DNA of 64,000 nt from Podarcis filfolensis. Taxonomy: Eukaryota. The position numbers and the translations under genes were made by a program. Under the pieces are notes generated by a model, which saw only the letters and a list, made by a program, of their open reading frames with translations, made no database searches and had not been told where the DNA came from. Shown here in pieces: positions 62,501 through 64,000 of the stretch (its first letter is position 1; every line of letters starts with the position of its first letter). Location: NCBI GenBank assembly GCA_964270895.1, contig OZ185438.1; one strand, 5' to 3'.

Positions 62501-63439
62501 CACAGTCAGCAGTTAATCTCTGCTAGTTTATGAATTCACCAGTTAGATTCACCACTGTAGAAGTGAAAATATTCATCAGACTTAAGAAATAATAAAATAC
62601 AGCATTTTTGACCCAACAAATAAATGATAAGGCTGGATTCTCACAGTCAGGCAGCAACTATCTGCATCCTCCCTGTGGTTGTAGTTTGTGTCCTCTCAGC
62701 ACCAGCTGTTAGGCTTTCCCAAGTCAGCATTGTCATTAGACACCTCTGAATAATCCAGCTGCACTCAGCAAGGGCCATAACAAACACCAGGATGGTGAAG
62801 CCAAGAAGCATCCAAACACAGCATGAGTCTCTCCACTCAGGGAACGTTCCTGCAAAGTTCTTTGGGTGGTCAGCTGTTTCGATTGTTGTTGTTCCCAGTA
62901 AATAGGATTGGGTGGGGAAGGATGGAGGATTCTGGGAAACTGTGTGCACAGCCAGATGCAGAAGGGGTGTGTGTGTAAAAATCTGGATAAAGGAAAGCTG
63001 GGGACCAAAACTGGGTTTTCCCAAAGATAAAATAAATATTGCCCCACACATCTATGATACCAGTAACTTAATCAAAACTTGGATAAAACTCAAGAATTGG
63101 AATTTAGCAAAATTTGATGGTGAAATTAACACTGGAGGGTGTTGTGTGGGGTGTCAATGGTGTTCAAATAAGAGTTTGTGGCTTTTTTTCTAAATAGCTT
63201 CTGAGTGTGACCATTTTCAAAGATTTGATATTTTTTTTTCAGAGTTTGGAGGAAATCCTGTTCTGACCCCTGAAATGATACCTGAATTTCACCTCTGTTC
63301 TGAGTACATGAAACTTGTTTGGTTCTCAGCTGGATTTCAAATTTGAAATGGTTTCTTCATTCATATTGCTGTGTGGACAAGGATGGCATGTGGATTCTTT
63401 GGTTCAGCTCACACTGTCTTCCTTTCACATTTGCTACAG

Positions 63440-63610
63440 GGAAAGTTGCTTCTCTCCCATCAGTCCAGAGACATGTCCGCTGGTGCAGTCCTTCCTTTGT
63501 CCCAGCAGAACATTCCTTATGGATGGACATGTGCAGCTGAAGACGGGCCTGCAGACCCAGGAACGACACCTTTTCCTCTTTTCAGATATTCTTGTGGTCG
63601 CCAAACCCAA
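63440..63610 (+). CDS. ARHGAP20: ARHGAP20 / ARHGAP20-like coding exon 3, start of the PH-like domain (ESCFSPISPETCPLVQSFLCPSRTFLMDGHVQLKTGLQTQERHLFLFSDILVVAKP-K)
   Basis: Acceptor ...cacatttgctacag| and donor AA|GTAGGT at 63611; 171 nt, phase 2 to 2. QERHLFLFSDILVVAK matches the ARHGAP20/TAGAP-family motif QERHLFLFNDLFVVAK. Lies within track ORF 63315..63614. Confidence 0.93.
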
Positions 63611-64000
63611 GTAGGTCCAGTGCTGAAAAAAGGACTCTCTGAGATTCCTGATAATTTTCTTTCTTTACGAACTACTGTTTTGTGGTTTGAAGCTCAGAAT
63701 ATTCCTGTAGTTACCTGGTTATTACTATTTTGTTAGCCAGATTTATTACACCTAATACATGGGGATAGCTACAGCCACTGTTGACTTGAAAGTAAAAAGT
63801 GTGTCCAGTTCTATTAACAAGAGTGTACTTTTTGCACATGGCACTTAAAAGGAGCCCTTTTATTTAACTTGCTTAATGTGTCTCTTTTGAGCATTGTTAT
63901 CTAAAGCTTTCACAAACAAATCCACGTGTAAGAGGAACAATCAGCTCATTTGTTGTTGCAATAGGGCCCTGTACAGTTTTTAGTTACTGCAAATGCAAAT

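Noticed and set aside
1-64000. CRISPR arrays, rRNA, operons or other prokaryotic systems
   Set aside because: No regularly spaced repeat-spacer array, no rRNA similarity and very low coding density; the sequence is vertebrate intronic and intergenic DNA.

Overview
This is eukaryotic, vertebrate DNA. The repeat set (Sauria SINE, BovB, CR1, L2, L1, Penelope remnants, hAT and Tc1/mariner MITEs, a solo LTR) points to a squamate reptile, probably a lacertid lizard; this is an inference. Positions 1-12.5 kb are repeat-rich upstream sequence. A CpG-island promoter (~12.5-14.3 kb) opens a + strand RhoGAP gene of the ARHGAP20 family. Three coding exons splice in frame: 12993-13091, 32990-33075 and 63440-63610. 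They are separated by introns of ~19.9 kb and ~30.4 kb, and the gene continues past the window. Almost all other ORFs in the track are transposon fragments or chance ORFs. There are no prokaryotic features (no CRISPR, rRNA or true tRNA genes). Most interesting items: (1) a young 1.75-kb non-coding poly(A) retroposon with an 18-bp TSD, carrying a 62-nt hairpin tag between two A-tracts; (2) decayed Penelope-type hammerhead ribozyme motifs, including an inverted pair; (3) a candidate 3-nt microexon; (4) a locally templated 171-bp insertion; (5) two L1 3' ends stacked at one triplicated target site; (6) a 5'+3' bipartite BovB; (7) a possible decayed ORF interrupted by a solo LTR. All family assignments are from recognition only; no database searches were run.
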